From contig JASLYX010000005.1 of NCBI GenBank assembly GCA_030739585.1, forward strand, positions 14,804 to 78,803: 64,000 nt of DNA, in the 5' to 3' direction. The first letter of the stretch is position 1, and the number at the start of each line of letters is the position of its first letter. The notes under the pieces were generated by a model. The model saw only the letters and a list, made by a program, of their open reading frames with translations. It made no database searches and was not told where the DNA came from. Source of the stretch: Candidatus Bathyarchaeota archaeon (GTDB lineage: Archaea > Thermoproteota > Bathyarchaeia > TCS64). A program made the position numbers and the translations under genes. Shown here one piece after another: positions 40,768 through 50,847 of the stretch.

Positions 40768-42693
40768 CTAAGTCCTCCTCCTTTGGGCACCAGAGGACTG
40801 AGTCTCGTAAAGCTTCCTATAGATACCGTCTATTTCTAAGAGCTCGTCGTGGGTTCCCTCCTCAGCGATCTCTCCGTCATCAAGGACGATAATATAGTCG
40901 GCCTTCCTAATGCTGCTGAGGCGCTGGGTAATAATGAAGGTTGTCCGGTCCTCCAGTAGTTCGTCAATGGCTTGCTGGATTTCGTACTCAGTATGGGTAT
41001 CAACGCTGCTTGTAGAGTCGTCCATAATGAGAATCTTAGGGTTTTTCAGGAGCGCCCTAGCGATGGCGATTCTTTGCTTCTGGCCTCCAGATAATGTAAC
41101 CCCTCTCTCTCCAACCCGGGTTTCATAGCCGTCAGGAAGGCTCTCGATAAAGTCGTTGATCTTGGCCCTCTTCGCAGCCTTCCTAATCGAGATGATACTG
41201 GCATTCTTAACGCCATAGGCGATATTCTCTCTTAGGGTGGTGGAGAAGATAAAGGGCTCTTGGCGCACGACGCCCATGTTACTCCTCAGGGATTTGATCT
41301 TGAAGTCCTGCAAGTCTACGCCGTCCAGATGGATGGATCCTTTGGAGGCATTGTAGAATCGGGGGATGAGATTGATAATACTGCTCTTCCCGGAGCCTGT
41401 GGCGCCAAGAATCGCTATTGTCTGCCCAGGTTGGACGGTTAGGTTGATGTTCTTTAAGACCATATTGGTTCCATCGTAGCTGAACCAAACGTCCTTGAAT
41501 GTTATGCAGCCTTCAATCTCTTGAACGTCGACGGCGTCCTTCCTATCATGTACCTCCACCTCAGCATCAATGATGTCGAAGACTCTGTTTCCCGCGGCGA
41601 TAGCCCGGACTACCATGGATGTCATGAATCCAATTCTCCTGACAGGCCCCATGAGTTTTGCAAGGTAGAAGTAGAACGCCACAACGCTTCCAACGGTGAT
41701 GATGCCTGATATGACCTGCCCTCCGCCGTACCAGATAATGAGGACGAAGCCTAGGCTAGAGATGAACGATGCAAGGGGCCCAAAGCGCGCGCGGAACCAG
41801 GCCAAATCCATATTAAGGTCGAAGTACTCCATGAGCTCAACGGAAAACTTTTTCTCCTCGAACTCTTCCCTGCTGAATCCTCTCACTACCCTGGTCCCGG
41901 CCAAATTTTCTTGGAGGACCGAGGTAATAACCCCGTACTGTTCCCTAAACAGATTCCATAAGGGGCGGACATTTCTTGAAAAGTACGCGGTGGAGAGGAA
42001 GACGAACGGGACAACACTCAGAGATAAAAGGGTAAGGGTTGGGTTGATCGAGATCAGGGCGTATAGCACAAGCACTAGGAGGAGAACCGAGGATAAGACC
42101 ATGCGAACCCCCATTTGGTAAAAGCGTCCCATCATGTTGATATCTCCGGTGGCCCTCGCCATGAGCTGACCTGTCCTTTGCTGATCGTAGAAGCTGAAGC
42201 TTTGCTTCAGGAGGCTGTTGTACATATCTTCTCGAATTTTGTAGGTAGCCTCCTGGGCCACTATCGTGGTGGTATACCTTTGCAGGAACGTAAAGAGGCC
42301 CGTTATTATTGCAATAACGATCAGGGATAGGCTGAATACGAGGAGGGCTCCAAAAGAAGGATTTGAACCGGAAGCGGCGCTATACCACGAAGCAATGGGG
42401 AGTAATATTCTTGAAGGAAATCCGCCAACCCCCCTTTTGAATGCAACTATTTCTCCAGTACTGAGTGCTCTCACCATGTCAATTATGGAGCCAATTATTG
42501 CAGGGGAGAGGATATCGAAGACCGTAGTTATGACTATGAGAACAAAAACCACTCTGAGCATCCATGAAACAGCGATATAACCCAAGAGGCGTTTCAGTGT
42601 CTCCCTTTGGGTCCTTGTACTGGTCGGAATTCTATCAATTGATCTCCTACCTCCTCCTCTACCGCCGCCTCCTCCACTGCCACGCCGTGCCAT
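40768..42693 (-). CDS. ABC exporter, fused permease/ATPase half-transporter with Gly/Arg-rich N-terminus
   Basis: Walker A GATGSGKSS, signature LSGGQKQRIAIARALL, Walker B ILIMDDSTS. The N-terminus is MARRGSGGGGGRGGGRRS. Confidence 0.85.
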   Translation of the reverse strand: MARRGSGGGGGRGGGRRSIDRIPTSTRTQRETLKRLLGYIAVSWMLRVVFVLIVITTVFDILSPAIIGSIIDMVRALSTGEIVAFKRGVGGFPSRILLPIASWYSAASGSNPSFGALLVFSLSLIVIAIITGLFTFLQRYTTTIVAQEATYKIREDMYNSLLKQSFSFYDQQRTGQLMARATGDINMMGRFYQMGVRMVLSSVLLLVLVLYALISINPTLTLLSLSVVPFVFLSTAYFSRNVRPLWNLFREQYGVITSVLQENLAGTRVVRGFSREEFEEKKFSVELMEYFDLNMDLAWFRARFGPLASFISSLGFVLIIWYGGGQVISGIITVGSVVAFYFYLAKLMGPVRRIGFMTSMVVRAIAAGNRVFDIIDAEVEVHDRKDAVDVQEIEGCITFKDVWFSYDGTNMVLKNINLTVQPGQTIAILGATGSGKSSIINLIPRFYNASKGSIHLDGVDLQDFKIKSLRSNMGVVRQEPFIFSTTLRENIAYGVKNASIISIRKAAKRAKINDFIESLPDGYETRVGERGVTLSGGQKQRIAIARALLKNPKILIMDDSTSSVDTHTEYEIQQAIDELLEDRTTFIITQRLSSIRKADYIIVLDDGEIAEEGTHDELLEIDGIYRKLYETQSSGAQRRRT

Positions 42694-42701
42694 ATTTTAT
42701 G

Positions 42702-43298
42702 TCACTCCTGGAATGTCAGGACTGAGTTCAGCTCATTAAGCGCACTAATGTAATTTTGGTCTTGGGCCAACTTCAGATTGGTTACGAGCTTTACGAGACT
42801 GCGATAGATAAATCTCCCAAGCTCATTCGGATTTCCTTGTTTATCTACGGTCTCCTCAAAAGCCCTCTTCCTTAGTTCTTTGATTAGAGTAATGAGTTCC
42901 TCTACCTTTTCTCGTTTCTCCGCTTTGAACTCCAATCCGAAGGACCTCAGGCCGTCAGTAATCCTCTGCTGGACCTCCTCCTGCCATACCATATAGTTGT
43001 CGTCTTCCGCCAGGGTCTCGCTGAGGCTGTATGACACTATGAATCTATCTCCGATGCTCTTGTAGTATGATTGAACCATATTCCTCACCTGAACGGTGCG
43101 GGTCTTCTTAACAAGTCCAGCCTCTTTAAGAAGGTTGAGATGGTGGATGATGCTAGAGTGGTTCTTCTTGAGAGACTTGGCGAGATCCGTCGCGGACCTC
43201 TCATGGTGCCTTAGTGTATGGAGTATGTGGCGGCGGGTCTCATCAGCGAAGAGTTTAGCTATTTCGGGGTCCTTGATGACGCGAATTCCATTGACCAA
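42702..43298 (-). CDS. ArsR-family HTH transcriptional regulator with C-terminal extension
   Basis: ETRRHILHTL...ATDLAKSL...SSIIHHLNLLKEAGLV winged helix. Confidence 0.7.
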   Translation of the reverse strand: MVNGIRVIKDPEIAKLFADETRRHILHTLRHHERSATDLAKSLKKNHSSIIHHLNLLKEAGLVKKTRTVQVRNMVQSYYKSIGDRFIVSYSLSETLAEDDNYMVWQEEVQQRITDGLRSFGLEFKAEKREKVEELITLIKELRKRAFEETVDKQGNPNELGRFIYRSLVKLVTNLKLAQDQNYISALNELNSVLTFQE

Positions 43299-43841
43299 TA
43301 TTTTCGCTACAGAACCGTGTACCGTTCTATATAAATTCTCTCAATAAACCATCAATCTTTTTTTGTACAACTCAAGGTAGACGAAGGCGTGGAGAATCAA
43401 GATGCATTCCAAGGCATTATTCTCTTCGACCCCATGTGTTCGGCATCAACTCCATTCCCGTCCTGCTCATCTCATATAGGGGACCAAGGTCATTAAGCTC
43501 AAGAACCCGTAAGGTTTTCAATTGACCTCTCCAGTTCTCAGTGATTTTAATCGAACGTGTCTCATGCTTCACAGTAAAACGTAGTATAAAGTCGAGGACA
43601 TTAGATTTTGTCCTTACTCTAGTTTTATCCCTCTTGAATCTTAGGCTCCGAACTCGATGATCTTTACAGGTTCACTGAAAAAATACTTGGAACTATTGAC
43701 CCGGTTTTTTTATCTTGTTATAACTATCAAATATTACGAGTCTATTAAGCAACATTCTGAGCCTCATTGCCCGTAAATATTTAAACACGCTGCCCCTCTT
43801 TTCCACCGGTTCCTTTGAACACTCTACTAAGGGAAACCCGA

Positions 43842-44414
43842 ATGAGTTATATCACAGACGCCGCCCGAACTTGCGAGCGTTGCTGTCTCCACAAGGGCCG
43901 TTTAAACGTCGTCCCGGGGGAGGGTAGTCTGTGTTCGTCGGTGGTCCTGATTGGGGAGGCTCCCGGGCGAAAGGAGGACGAATCGGGGAGGCCTTTCATA
44001 GGGTCCGCGGGAAAGATTCTCGACGAAGCCATGGAGAACGCCGGCCTCGCTAGGTCCCAGGTCTACATCACAAACGTCGTCAAGTGCAGACCACCTGGTA
44101 ACCGTAGGCCCCGATTAGACGAAGTAGCGGCTTGCACCAACTATCTCTACGATCAGCTAGCTATCCTTACTCCGCAGGTTATTGCTCCAATGGGGAACTC
44201 GGCGCTGTATCATGTCTTCAACCATTTTGGATTTGGTAATGCTACCATTGGTGAGGTGCATGGGAAGCCTCATCTTTTGGATTTTGTTTGGGGGAAGGGT
44301 GTGGTCTTTCCCCTCTATCATCCGGCGGCCATACTATACAATCGTACTCTAAAGAATGATCTTCACGCCGACTTTGAGGCATTGGGTGATCTTCTAGGGC
44401 CTGTCAGTTTGTAA
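43842..44414 (+). CDS. udg: family-4 uracil-DNA glycosylase (Fe-S type)
   Basis: CERCCLHKG...GEAPGRKEDESGRPFIGSAGKIL motifs. Confidence 0.85.
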   Translation: MSYITDAARTCERCCLHKGRLNVVPGEGSLCSSVVLIGEAPGRKEDESGRPFIGSAGKILDEAMENAGLARSQVYITNVVKCRPPGNRRPRLDEVAACTNYLYDQLAILTPQVIAPMGNSALYHVFNHFGFGNATIGEVHGKPHLLDFVWGKGVVFPLYHPAAILYNRTLKNDLHADFEALGDLLGPVSL

Positions 44415-45360
44415 GGGCCCGGATCCGCTTTACTATATTTGGATGAGTGGAAAAGAGCTCTGCGAACCGGGCTATGCCAGTTATCTTCCGGGAGGCGATG
44501 TTGGCAACGAGCTCCTCATCGCTTCTCCCGATGCTGGCACTGTTCAGTTCTGCAACGTCCTTTACGGCCCTGTCGGGGTCGGAGATGAAGAGGGTCTTAA
44601 AGCTGCTGGACCCTCTGGTCCTAGGTGTAAATATCCTGTGACGGGCCGTGGATGTCGTGATTTTGGCCAGGCCCTCAGTGAGCTTCCGGGCGCCGTCGCT
44701 CACGATGCCTGCCGCGTGCTGGTCAGCATAATACTCCCGGAGTCTGCTGAATCTAAGGTTGAATAGCATGAGCCCAAGGTATAGGAGCATGCTGAGTCCC
44801 CCTACCAAGGCAAGCCCCCCGCCATTCTTTTGATCCCTCTTGCCGTATCGAGCGAACATAGTGGACCGGGAGATGATGTAGAACAGGCTTGGGAGGACGC
44901 TAATGAGCATGGTAACCTGGACATCTCGGTGCTTAATGTGGCCCAGCTCATGGGCTAGGACAGCCTCCACCTCCTCTCCTTCAAGGCTCGTAAGAAGCCC
45001 CTCCGTAATTGCAACGTGGTTCCCGGTGAGGGGGGACCCGTACGCGAAGGCGTTGGGGATGCGCATCTTGGAGATCATCAGCTTTGGCGTCTTGATTCCG
45101 GAACGTGTTGATAGATCCTCAAATGTGCTGTGGAGCCAGGGATTTTCAATGGGATCGAGCTTGCGCACCCTATAGAGGGCGTTGACAAGATAGGGGGCCA
45201 ATAACCACTGGGCCGCGTTGAACAAAATAACCATGGTGGCGAGTGAATAAACGTTCAGCCCCCCTGAGTAAGCGAGAAGGGTAGCCATTCCGATAGTAGA
45301 AACCCCTATAATGAGTGCAAGGGTTCCAAGCATAGATAGGCGTAGCTTTATGAGATTCAA
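44404..45360 (-). CDS. htpX: HtpX-like M48 zinc metalloprotease
   Basis: HELGHIKHRD (HExxH) and TM helices. Confidence 0.85.
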   Translation of the reverse strand: MNLIKLRLSMLGTLALIIGVSTIGMATLLAYSGGLNVYSLATMVILFNAAQWLLAPYLVNALYRVRKLDPIENPWLHSTFEDLSTRSGIKTPKLMISKMRIPNAFAYGSPLTGNHVAITEGLLTSLEGEEVEAVLAHELGHIKHRDVQVTMLISVLPSLFYIISRSTMFARYGKRDQKNGGGLALVGGLSMLLYLGLMLFNLRFSRLREYYADQHAAGIVSDGARKLTEGLAKITTSTARHRIFTPRTRGSSSFKTLFISDPDRAVKDVAELNSASIGRSDEELVANIASRKITGIARFAELFSTHPNIVKRIRALTN

Positions 45361-45429
45361 CCTTTATCCCGTAATAATACCCGCTGATCCCTGAATATAA
45401 ACAAAAGGGTGAGCAATGAACGTGCTTGG

Positions 45430-47367
45430 TTACATCCTCTCCGGGGGAGCTATGCCTAGAGTCTGGAGAGAGTTCCTGATTGTGATTCGGGTCGCCTCCA
45501 CCAGCATGAGCCTTGCGCCGACAAGCCCTGGGTTCTCAGCCTTGAGGACAGGGTGCGCGGCGTAGAAGCTGTTGAATTTATCAGAGAGATCGTTGACGTA
45601 CGCAGTGATATTCATGGGCTTTAGCTCGTTAGCGGCGTCTATGAAGACCTCAGGGAACCGGGCAAGAGCTAGGGTTAGCTCTTTCTCCTGGCGTGCGTAG
45701 AGGCTCTTGTAGTCGGGCTTAGGCCAGTCCCCTGCCTTTTTCAGTATGTTGCACGCGCGGGCGTGGCTGTATTGGATGTAGGGAGCGCTGTTGGTTTCGA
45801 AGTTGAGGGCCTTCTCCCAGTCAAATGTAACTGTCTTCATGGGATCAATGCTGAGGAGTGTGTACTTGATGGCTCCATGCCCCACTATTCTGGCGATCTC
45901 CTCCTTATGTTCTACCGAAAGATGGGGTGAACGGACGTCAACAACCTCGTAGGCTAGTTTCTCGGCCTTCTCCACAATCTTGCTGAGGACAACGTACCTG
46001 CCGAGGCGTCCGCTCATCTTGATCCCTGGGAGGTTGACAAGCTCGTAGGCGTAATGGCGGAGGTTGTCCCCCATCTTGAGCCTGCCCATTGCGGCCAGGG
46101 CAATCCTAAGCTGGAGCTGTGCAAGCCTCTGCTCTGAGCCAATGACGTTGATGTCTCTGTCCACCAAGTTGAACTTCCAGATGTGGTATGCCATGTCCCT
46201 TAGGGTGTAGAGGGTGGTGCCGTCACTCCTAATCAGGACGAGGCGGGGGATCTCGTGCTCCGAGTTTAGCCCCCAGCGCTCCTTGAGGCATAGGTCATTG
46301 GCGATCCTGTCGCAGTCGAAAATGAGGGCCCCTTCATCCATGAAGGCATAAGGGGTGCCCTTGAGCTCATCGAGGACTTCGTCTGCTGCTTTCTTCCAGA
46401 CGAGGTCGCTCTCGAAATCGAATGAGTCGAAGCCGATCCCTATCTCGCCGAGGCTAGTCTCAAAGCCTTTGAGACAGTAGCCCACCACTTTCCTGACGTC
46501 CTTGGTGGTCGTTGGCTCGTTGTTTTCATATGCAGTGTTAAGGGCCACGATCTCGGCGTTAGTGTCATTAATTTTAGGGAGTTTCTCGGCAAGGGTATCA
46601 TAGACTTTTGGATATCTCTTTCGGAGCTCTTCTGCGGCTTTCCGGTATTCTTCTTGCTCCCTCTGGAGCTTGGCGAGCTCATGTACCAAACCCCTCCGCT
46701 CTGCTTCATCGATTTTTCCACTGAGTCTAATCGTCTCGTTGATGACATTGACGCTGGCGTAGATGGTACCCACCCATAGTTCGGCTCTCCCCTCCGGCTC
46801 TGGCTTCCCCATAAGTTTCCACCCGTACGTGGTCATGGCTACTTGGCGTCCCATATCGTTGACGAGAAAGTGGGCAAGGACCTCATGGCCCTGGCGCCTA
46901 AGGATCTCGGCGATGCAGTCACCAAGGATGCTGTTCCGGGCGTTCCCGATGTGAAGTGGAGCGTTAGGATTAGCACTGGTATGCTCCACCATTACCCTAA
47001 TGGGTTCCTGGGTTTTAACGAAGCCATACTCTTCATCTCCCTCAACTATAGTTCCTAGGACGAGCCCAGCAAATCTCCCCACATCCACCTTGAAGTTGAG
47101 GTAACCCCCGACGGCTTCCGCTGATTCAATAAGGCCCGAAAGAGAGGCGTCGATCTTCTCTACAATACCCTGGGCTATCTCCTGGGGGCTCAGCTTGAGT
47201 GTCCTAGCGAGCTGAAAGCACACTGGTGATGATAGCTCCCCCATCTCGAGGTCGGGTGGAGGGGAATACTTTGCTTTTGGGAGCTTTGTCCCAGGGTACA
47301 CTTCTATTATAGCCTTTTCAATAAGTCCTTGACACTCTTCTCTCAGCTTGGCTAGGGGATTTTCCAT
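45430..47367 (-). CDS. argS: arginine--tRNA ligase
   Basis: Class I HIGH-like PLHIGNARN, the IKMSGRLGRYV motif, and a DALR-type C-terminus. Confidence 0.85.
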   Translation of the reverse strand: MENPLAKLREECQGLIEKAIIEVYPGTKLPKAKYSPPPDLEMGELSSPVCFQLARTLKLSPQEIAQGIVEKIDASLSGLIESAEAVGGYLNFKVDVGRFAGLVLGTIVEGDEEYGFVKTQEPIRVMVEHTSANPNAPLHIGNARNSILGDCIAEILRRQGHEVLAHFLVNDMGRQVAMTTYGWKLMGKPEPEGRAELWVGTIYASVNVINETIRLSGKIDEAERRGLVHELAKLQREQEEYRKAAEELRKRYPKVYDTLAEKLPKINDTNAEIVALNTAYENNEPTTTKDVRKVVGYCLKGFETSLGEIGIGFDSFDFESDLVWKKAADEVLDELKGTPYAFMDEGALIFDCDRIANDLCLKERWGLNSEHEIPRLVLIRSDGTTLYTLRDMAYHIWKFNLVDRDINVIGSEQRLAQLQLRIALAAMGRLKMGDNLRHYAYELVNLPGIKMSGRLGRYVVLSKIVEKAEKLAYEVVDVRSPHLSVEHKEEIARIVGHGAIKYTLLSIDPMKTVTFDWEKALNFETNSAPYIQYSHARACNILKKAGDWPKPDYKSLYARQEKELTLALARFPEVFIDAANELKPMNITAYVNDLSDKFNSFYAAHPVLKAENPGLVGARLMLVEATRITIRNSLQTLGIAPPERM

Positions 47368-47489
47368 GGTTTTCCCTTCAGTATTCCAGTAAGGCGAGCG
47401 GAGATGAGCTTAAAATGGGTTTTGCTCTGAGTGTTATAACCCAGCGTAGCATGAAAAATCGCAGGTACGACTAGAGAAATTATTTAAAA

Positions 47490-47506
47490 AAAGGGTCGAA
47501 GGTTAT
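47490..47506 (-). terminator. oligo-T terminator after the rubrerythrin-like gene
   Basis: The plus-strand ttatttaaaaaaaggg reads CCCTTTTTTTAAATAA on the minus strand, just 3' of the gene. Confidence 0.4.
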
Positions 47507-47519
47507 GTTATCTCTAAGA

Positions 47520-47939
47520 CTAGAAATATCTTGCCAACAGGCCCCTGAGGGCTTCAGCGTGTCGCGCTTCATCTTTTGAAGTTTCATCAAAAACATCATG
47601 CGCCTCATCGATCCCTGCCTTTTTAGCTTGGACTGCCGCCTGTCTTTTCCCAATGTTTGCTCCAATTTCGCCTTTCAGCATTTTTTCAAGATTTTCCTTA
47701 GTGCTCTCAGATATTTTTCCTGCGAGCTCCGCGTATCTTGCGCCATGCCATGCTTCATCCAATGCAATTGATTTGAGAACCTCTGCTATCTCAGGGAATC
47801 CTTCCCTTTGAGCTTGACGAGCCATCGCAAAGTAAAGACCCACCTCTGCTGTTTCACCCTTAAAGTTTCCCTCCACTGCCTGTTCTACTACTGTTCCCTT
47901 GGCAACGCCCAGTTTATTCAAATTTATGAGTTCAGTCAT
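47520..47939 (-). CDS. rubrerythrin/ferritin-like diiron protein (no rubredoxin domain)
   Basis: Two ExxH motifs (DEAWH, DEARHAEAL) in a four-helix-bundle pattern; 139 aa. Confidence 0.7.
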   Translation of the reverse strand: MTELINLNKLGVAKGTVVEQAVEGNFKGETAEVGLYFAMARQAQREGFPEIAEVLKSIALDEAWHGARYAELAGKISESTKENLEKMLKGEIGANIGKRQAAVQAKKAGIDEAHDVFDETSKDEARHAEALRGLLARYF

Positions 47940-48348
47940 TTCACTACCTCATTCCTTTCTGAGAAGTGGTTTCTTATGGTAACATTTGAACCTTTATCTT
48001 GTTTAATTGAATAACTTGATTTAGTCCTAGGGTTTAGTTCGCGCGCGTCTATATTTTTTGGTCAGCCGATATGTAGATATTATTAACGCGCGCTACTAGC
48101 ATAAACGTCAGTGTTGTCACTTTCTCCCGGTCACGCAATTTTCTGAAGCGTCATAACAACAGATTGCTTCTCGCGCGCGGAAGTAGGCAAACACCGGCTC
48201 TGAGATTGAACAAGGACTAGATTATGGCTTTTTTCTCCCAAGCAAAAGAGGGGCTACTATTCGGTCTTCATGACAGGATTACAGTTTTTCATGCCTTTGG
48301 ATACCCATATTTTTTATCCAAACTGATCCCTTTTCATCTCCGACGACG

Positions 48349-49305
48349 ATGTTGTACTTATGTGAAGAAGAGATTGCAGAGATACTGACCATGAGGGAAG
48401 CCATCGAGGCTGTCGAGAAGGCTTTCGGAGAATATGCTAGGGGCTCAGCCATAATGCCCTCTAGATCCACGATGATGCTGGACAAATACAATGGGAGCGT
48501 CTCCCTGATGCCATCATATCTTGAGGAGACAGGGGCCCTCGCTACAAAGATAATCTCCATATACCCTGAAAACCCCCGAAAGGGGCTGCCCACAACAATG
48601 GCTTCTATCGTCGTTAACGATCCCGAGACTGGGCGAATCAGCGCAATTCTCGATGGCACCTATCTTACCTCCATTAGGACCGGGGCGGTATCCGGTGTGG
48701 CCGCCAGATATCTGGCACCAAGGGATAGTAGGGTCGCAGCGGTTATCGGATGTGGGGCCCAAGGGATGACTCAGGCCTGGGCTATGGCTGAGACGTTCAA
48801 TCTGGATCAGATCAGGATTTTTGATATATTCAAGGAGGGCATGGACAGGTTCGTTAATGAGATGGTGTCAAGACTAGGAGTAGATATCATCAAGGCTGGG
48901 AGTAGCAAAGAGGCAGTAAAGGGCGCTGATATAGTTCTCACTGCTACCACATCCAAAGAACCTGTAATCCAAAGGGCCTGGCTAGAGGACCGGGTCCATG
49001 TGGGTGCGTTTGGGAGCTTTTACCCTGACAGCCGAGAGCTGGACACGGCTACCATCGTGGAAGGTAAGGTAGTGGTGGATAGTATGGAGGCTATAATGGA
49101 CGAGGCGGGGGACCTTCTCATCCCTATTTCTGAGGGGGCCATAACCGCTGATCATATCCACGCTGAGCTGGGGGCGGTCGTGAACGGGGAAAAGGAGGGG
49201 CGAACCAATAGTGACTCTCTGACGGTGTTTAAGAGTGTCGGCATCGCGATCCAGGACTCTTCAGTTGCCAGTCTAGTGCTGAGAAAGTACAAGGAGTCCC
49301 ATTAA
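48349..49305 (+). CDS. ornithine cyclodeaminase/mu-crystallin family enzyme (possibly archaeal alanine dehydrogenase type)
   Basis: Family N-terminus and Rossmann motif VIGCGAQG. Confidence 0.8.
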   Translation: MLYLCEEEIAEILTMREAIEAVEKAFGEYARGSAIMPSRSTMMLDKYNGSVSLMPSYLEETGALATKIISIYPENPRKGLPTTMASIVVNDPETGRISAILDGTYLTSIRTGAVSGVAARYLAPRDSRVAAVIGCGAQGMTQAWAMAETFNLDQIRIFDIFKEGMDRFVNEMVSRLGVDIIKAGSSKEAVKGADIVLTATTSKEPVIQRAWLEDRVHVGAFGSFYPDSRELDTATIVEGKVVVDSMEAIMDEAGDLLIPISEGAITADHIHAELGAVVNGEKEGRTNSDSLTVFKSVGIAIQDSSVASLVLRKYKESH

Positions 49306-49540
49306 AACACAAGACTTGCTTTTTGTACAAAGATTCCTTTGACATCAGGGTTTGAAGAATCGTCTAAAATATGTTCAGATTGAGGAAGCCCTCTTCGATG
49401 AGGATAACGGTCAGTCTGTACGTAAAGCCGCCTCAACTGCTAAGGCAGCCATGAAACTCATTGAACTTGGTTTTCAATATGTATGTGACTTTGATAAAGT
49501 GAAGCAGTTCAGGAAGCGTATGTGAGGTTTAGTTGACCGG

Positions 49541-49618
49541 GAGAATTTACTGGTAGCCCGGGAGAGATTCGAACTCCCGTCTGGGGCTCCAGAGGCCCCC
49601 ATCCTTGACCGCTAGACG
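49541..49618 (-). tRNA. tRNA-Pro (anticodon UGG), CCA encoded
   Basis: Cloverleaf built by hand: acceptor GTAGCCC/GGGCTAC, anticodon stem GGGGC/GCCCC with loop CTCTGGA, T-arm GGGAG-TTCGAAT-CTCCC, and a 3' CCA. Confidence 0.8.
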
Positions 49619-49639
49619 ACCGGGCTACACCGGATCGTT

Positions 49640-49656
49640 ACCAACAAGAACCCCAT
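49640..49656 (-). promoter_or_regulatory. candidate TATA box for tRNA-Pro
   Basis: CTTATATGG on the minus strand, ~29 nt upstream of the tRNA 5' end. Confidence 0.35.
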
Positions 49657-49677
49657 ATAAGTCTAACCCGTCACCCC

Positions 49678-50847
49678 TTAACCTATGAAGAACTCCACCA
49701 ACCTCCGCCGATCCAGCCTCAAGTCCCCCACCAACTCCCTCGCCCCAACTAACATTTCCGCAGCAGATCGTTCTGTCACTCCGGAAAGGCCAAGCACATC
49801 TAACGCCCCCTCTCGCACTACCTCATCTCCCCCACCCACTACCCTGAGTAACGATGTATAATCATACTTCTCTCCATCCACCGCCAAAATAGCCCATGCA
49901 AACCCCTCTAGAAGAGGCAACATCCATCCCCTTAGATATATTACCGCCTCCATATTGTTCTCCATTGCAATCATCCCTCTAACACGAGTAAGAATTCCCC
50001 CCAATGTTGGAAGGTTAATTAAATACTCCACGTCTCGTTTCACCTTCCCGTGGAGCCCATCCATCACACATCCATGATCCAAGATAAACCCCCTCACCCC
50101 ATCCCATGCTGTCTTAAACCCCTTAATGATCTCCTCGGCCTCTTGACGGCTGACCTTGGAAACCCTGCTCAAGATTAGGTAACTCCTGTAGACATCCTCC
50201 ATATCTAACCTGACGCACGCTCTCCTCAGACTCCATACAAACTGGCTCCTAGTCACAGGAACCCCTGCAATATCTATCAACACAACTGCAGCGGATGTCA
50301 ACCCCGCACCTACATAAGCGAACGTTGTCTCCGAGTCCCCTCTGCTCAACGCCGATGATGCCCTACTTAGGTACATCTCAGAGGTCGCAAGCAGCCCATC
50401 CGTTCTCGCCTCCACACGCCTTGGACTCATAAAGACTCTCTCAACAAATTCCCTTGCTTCACCCAATACCTCCACGGGATCGTATAAAACTACCATCTCG
50501 TGAAACCTATAATCCAGCTGGGGACTCACAGGCTCTCTTAACCATCCCAAGGGTATATGCTGGAGATCCACTAACCATCCCCCTCTAACCTCCACCTTAC
50601 CATACTCATAATCTAAACCTGACCCATCAACAACAAGAATGTCAAAATCACTTGAAATATTGCCTTCCCCCCGGACCCAGCTCCCAAACAGCCCCAGAGC
50701 CCGCACCGCAGGGTCCATCTTAAGATCCTCCACTAAACCATAGAATGATCCTTGGATTAACCTAGGAAGAACCTCCATCAAAACCCAGTTAATAATCCCT
50801 AAGAGACGATTTTTATATTTTCCTCCCCTAAAGGAACCGGAGAACAC
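49678..50847 (-). CDS. Pol-beta-superfamily nucleotidyltransferase with large C-terminal helical domain; atypical composition
   Basis: GLFGSWVRGEGNISSDFDILVV matches the GS...DxD NTase motif. 389 aa; the protein is Lys-poor and rich in Arg, Val and Gly; the coding strand is G+T-rich. Confidence 0.65.
   Translation of the reverse strand: MFSGSFRGGKYKNRLLGIINWVLMEVLPRLIQGSFYGLVEDLKMDPAVRALGLFGSWVRGEGNISSDFDILVVDGSGLDYEYGKVEVRGGWLVDLQHIPLGWLREPVSPQLDYRFHEMVVLYDPVEVLGEAREFVERVFMSPRRVEARTDGLLATSEMYLSRASSALSRGDSETTFAYVGAGLTSAAVVLIDIAGVPVTRSQFVWSLRRACVRLDMEDVYRSYLILSRVSKVSRQEAEEIIKGFKTAWDGVRGFILDHGCVMDGLHGKVKRDVEYLINLPTLGGILTRVRGMIAMENNMEAVIYLRGWMLPLLEGFAWAILAVDGEKYDYTSLLRVVGGGDEVVREGALDVLGLSGVTERSAAEMLVGARELVGDLRLDRRRLVEFFIG

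Noticed and set aside
49330-49533. 57-60-codon protein-like frame (…KNRLKYVQIEEALFDEDNGQSVRKAASTAKAAMKLIELGFQYVCDFDKVKQFRKRM) between OCD and tRNA-Pro.
   Set aside because: It has no ATG (only a possible TTG) and no recognisable motif, so it is too weak to call as a gene. It is mentioned under the tRNA/NTase finding.
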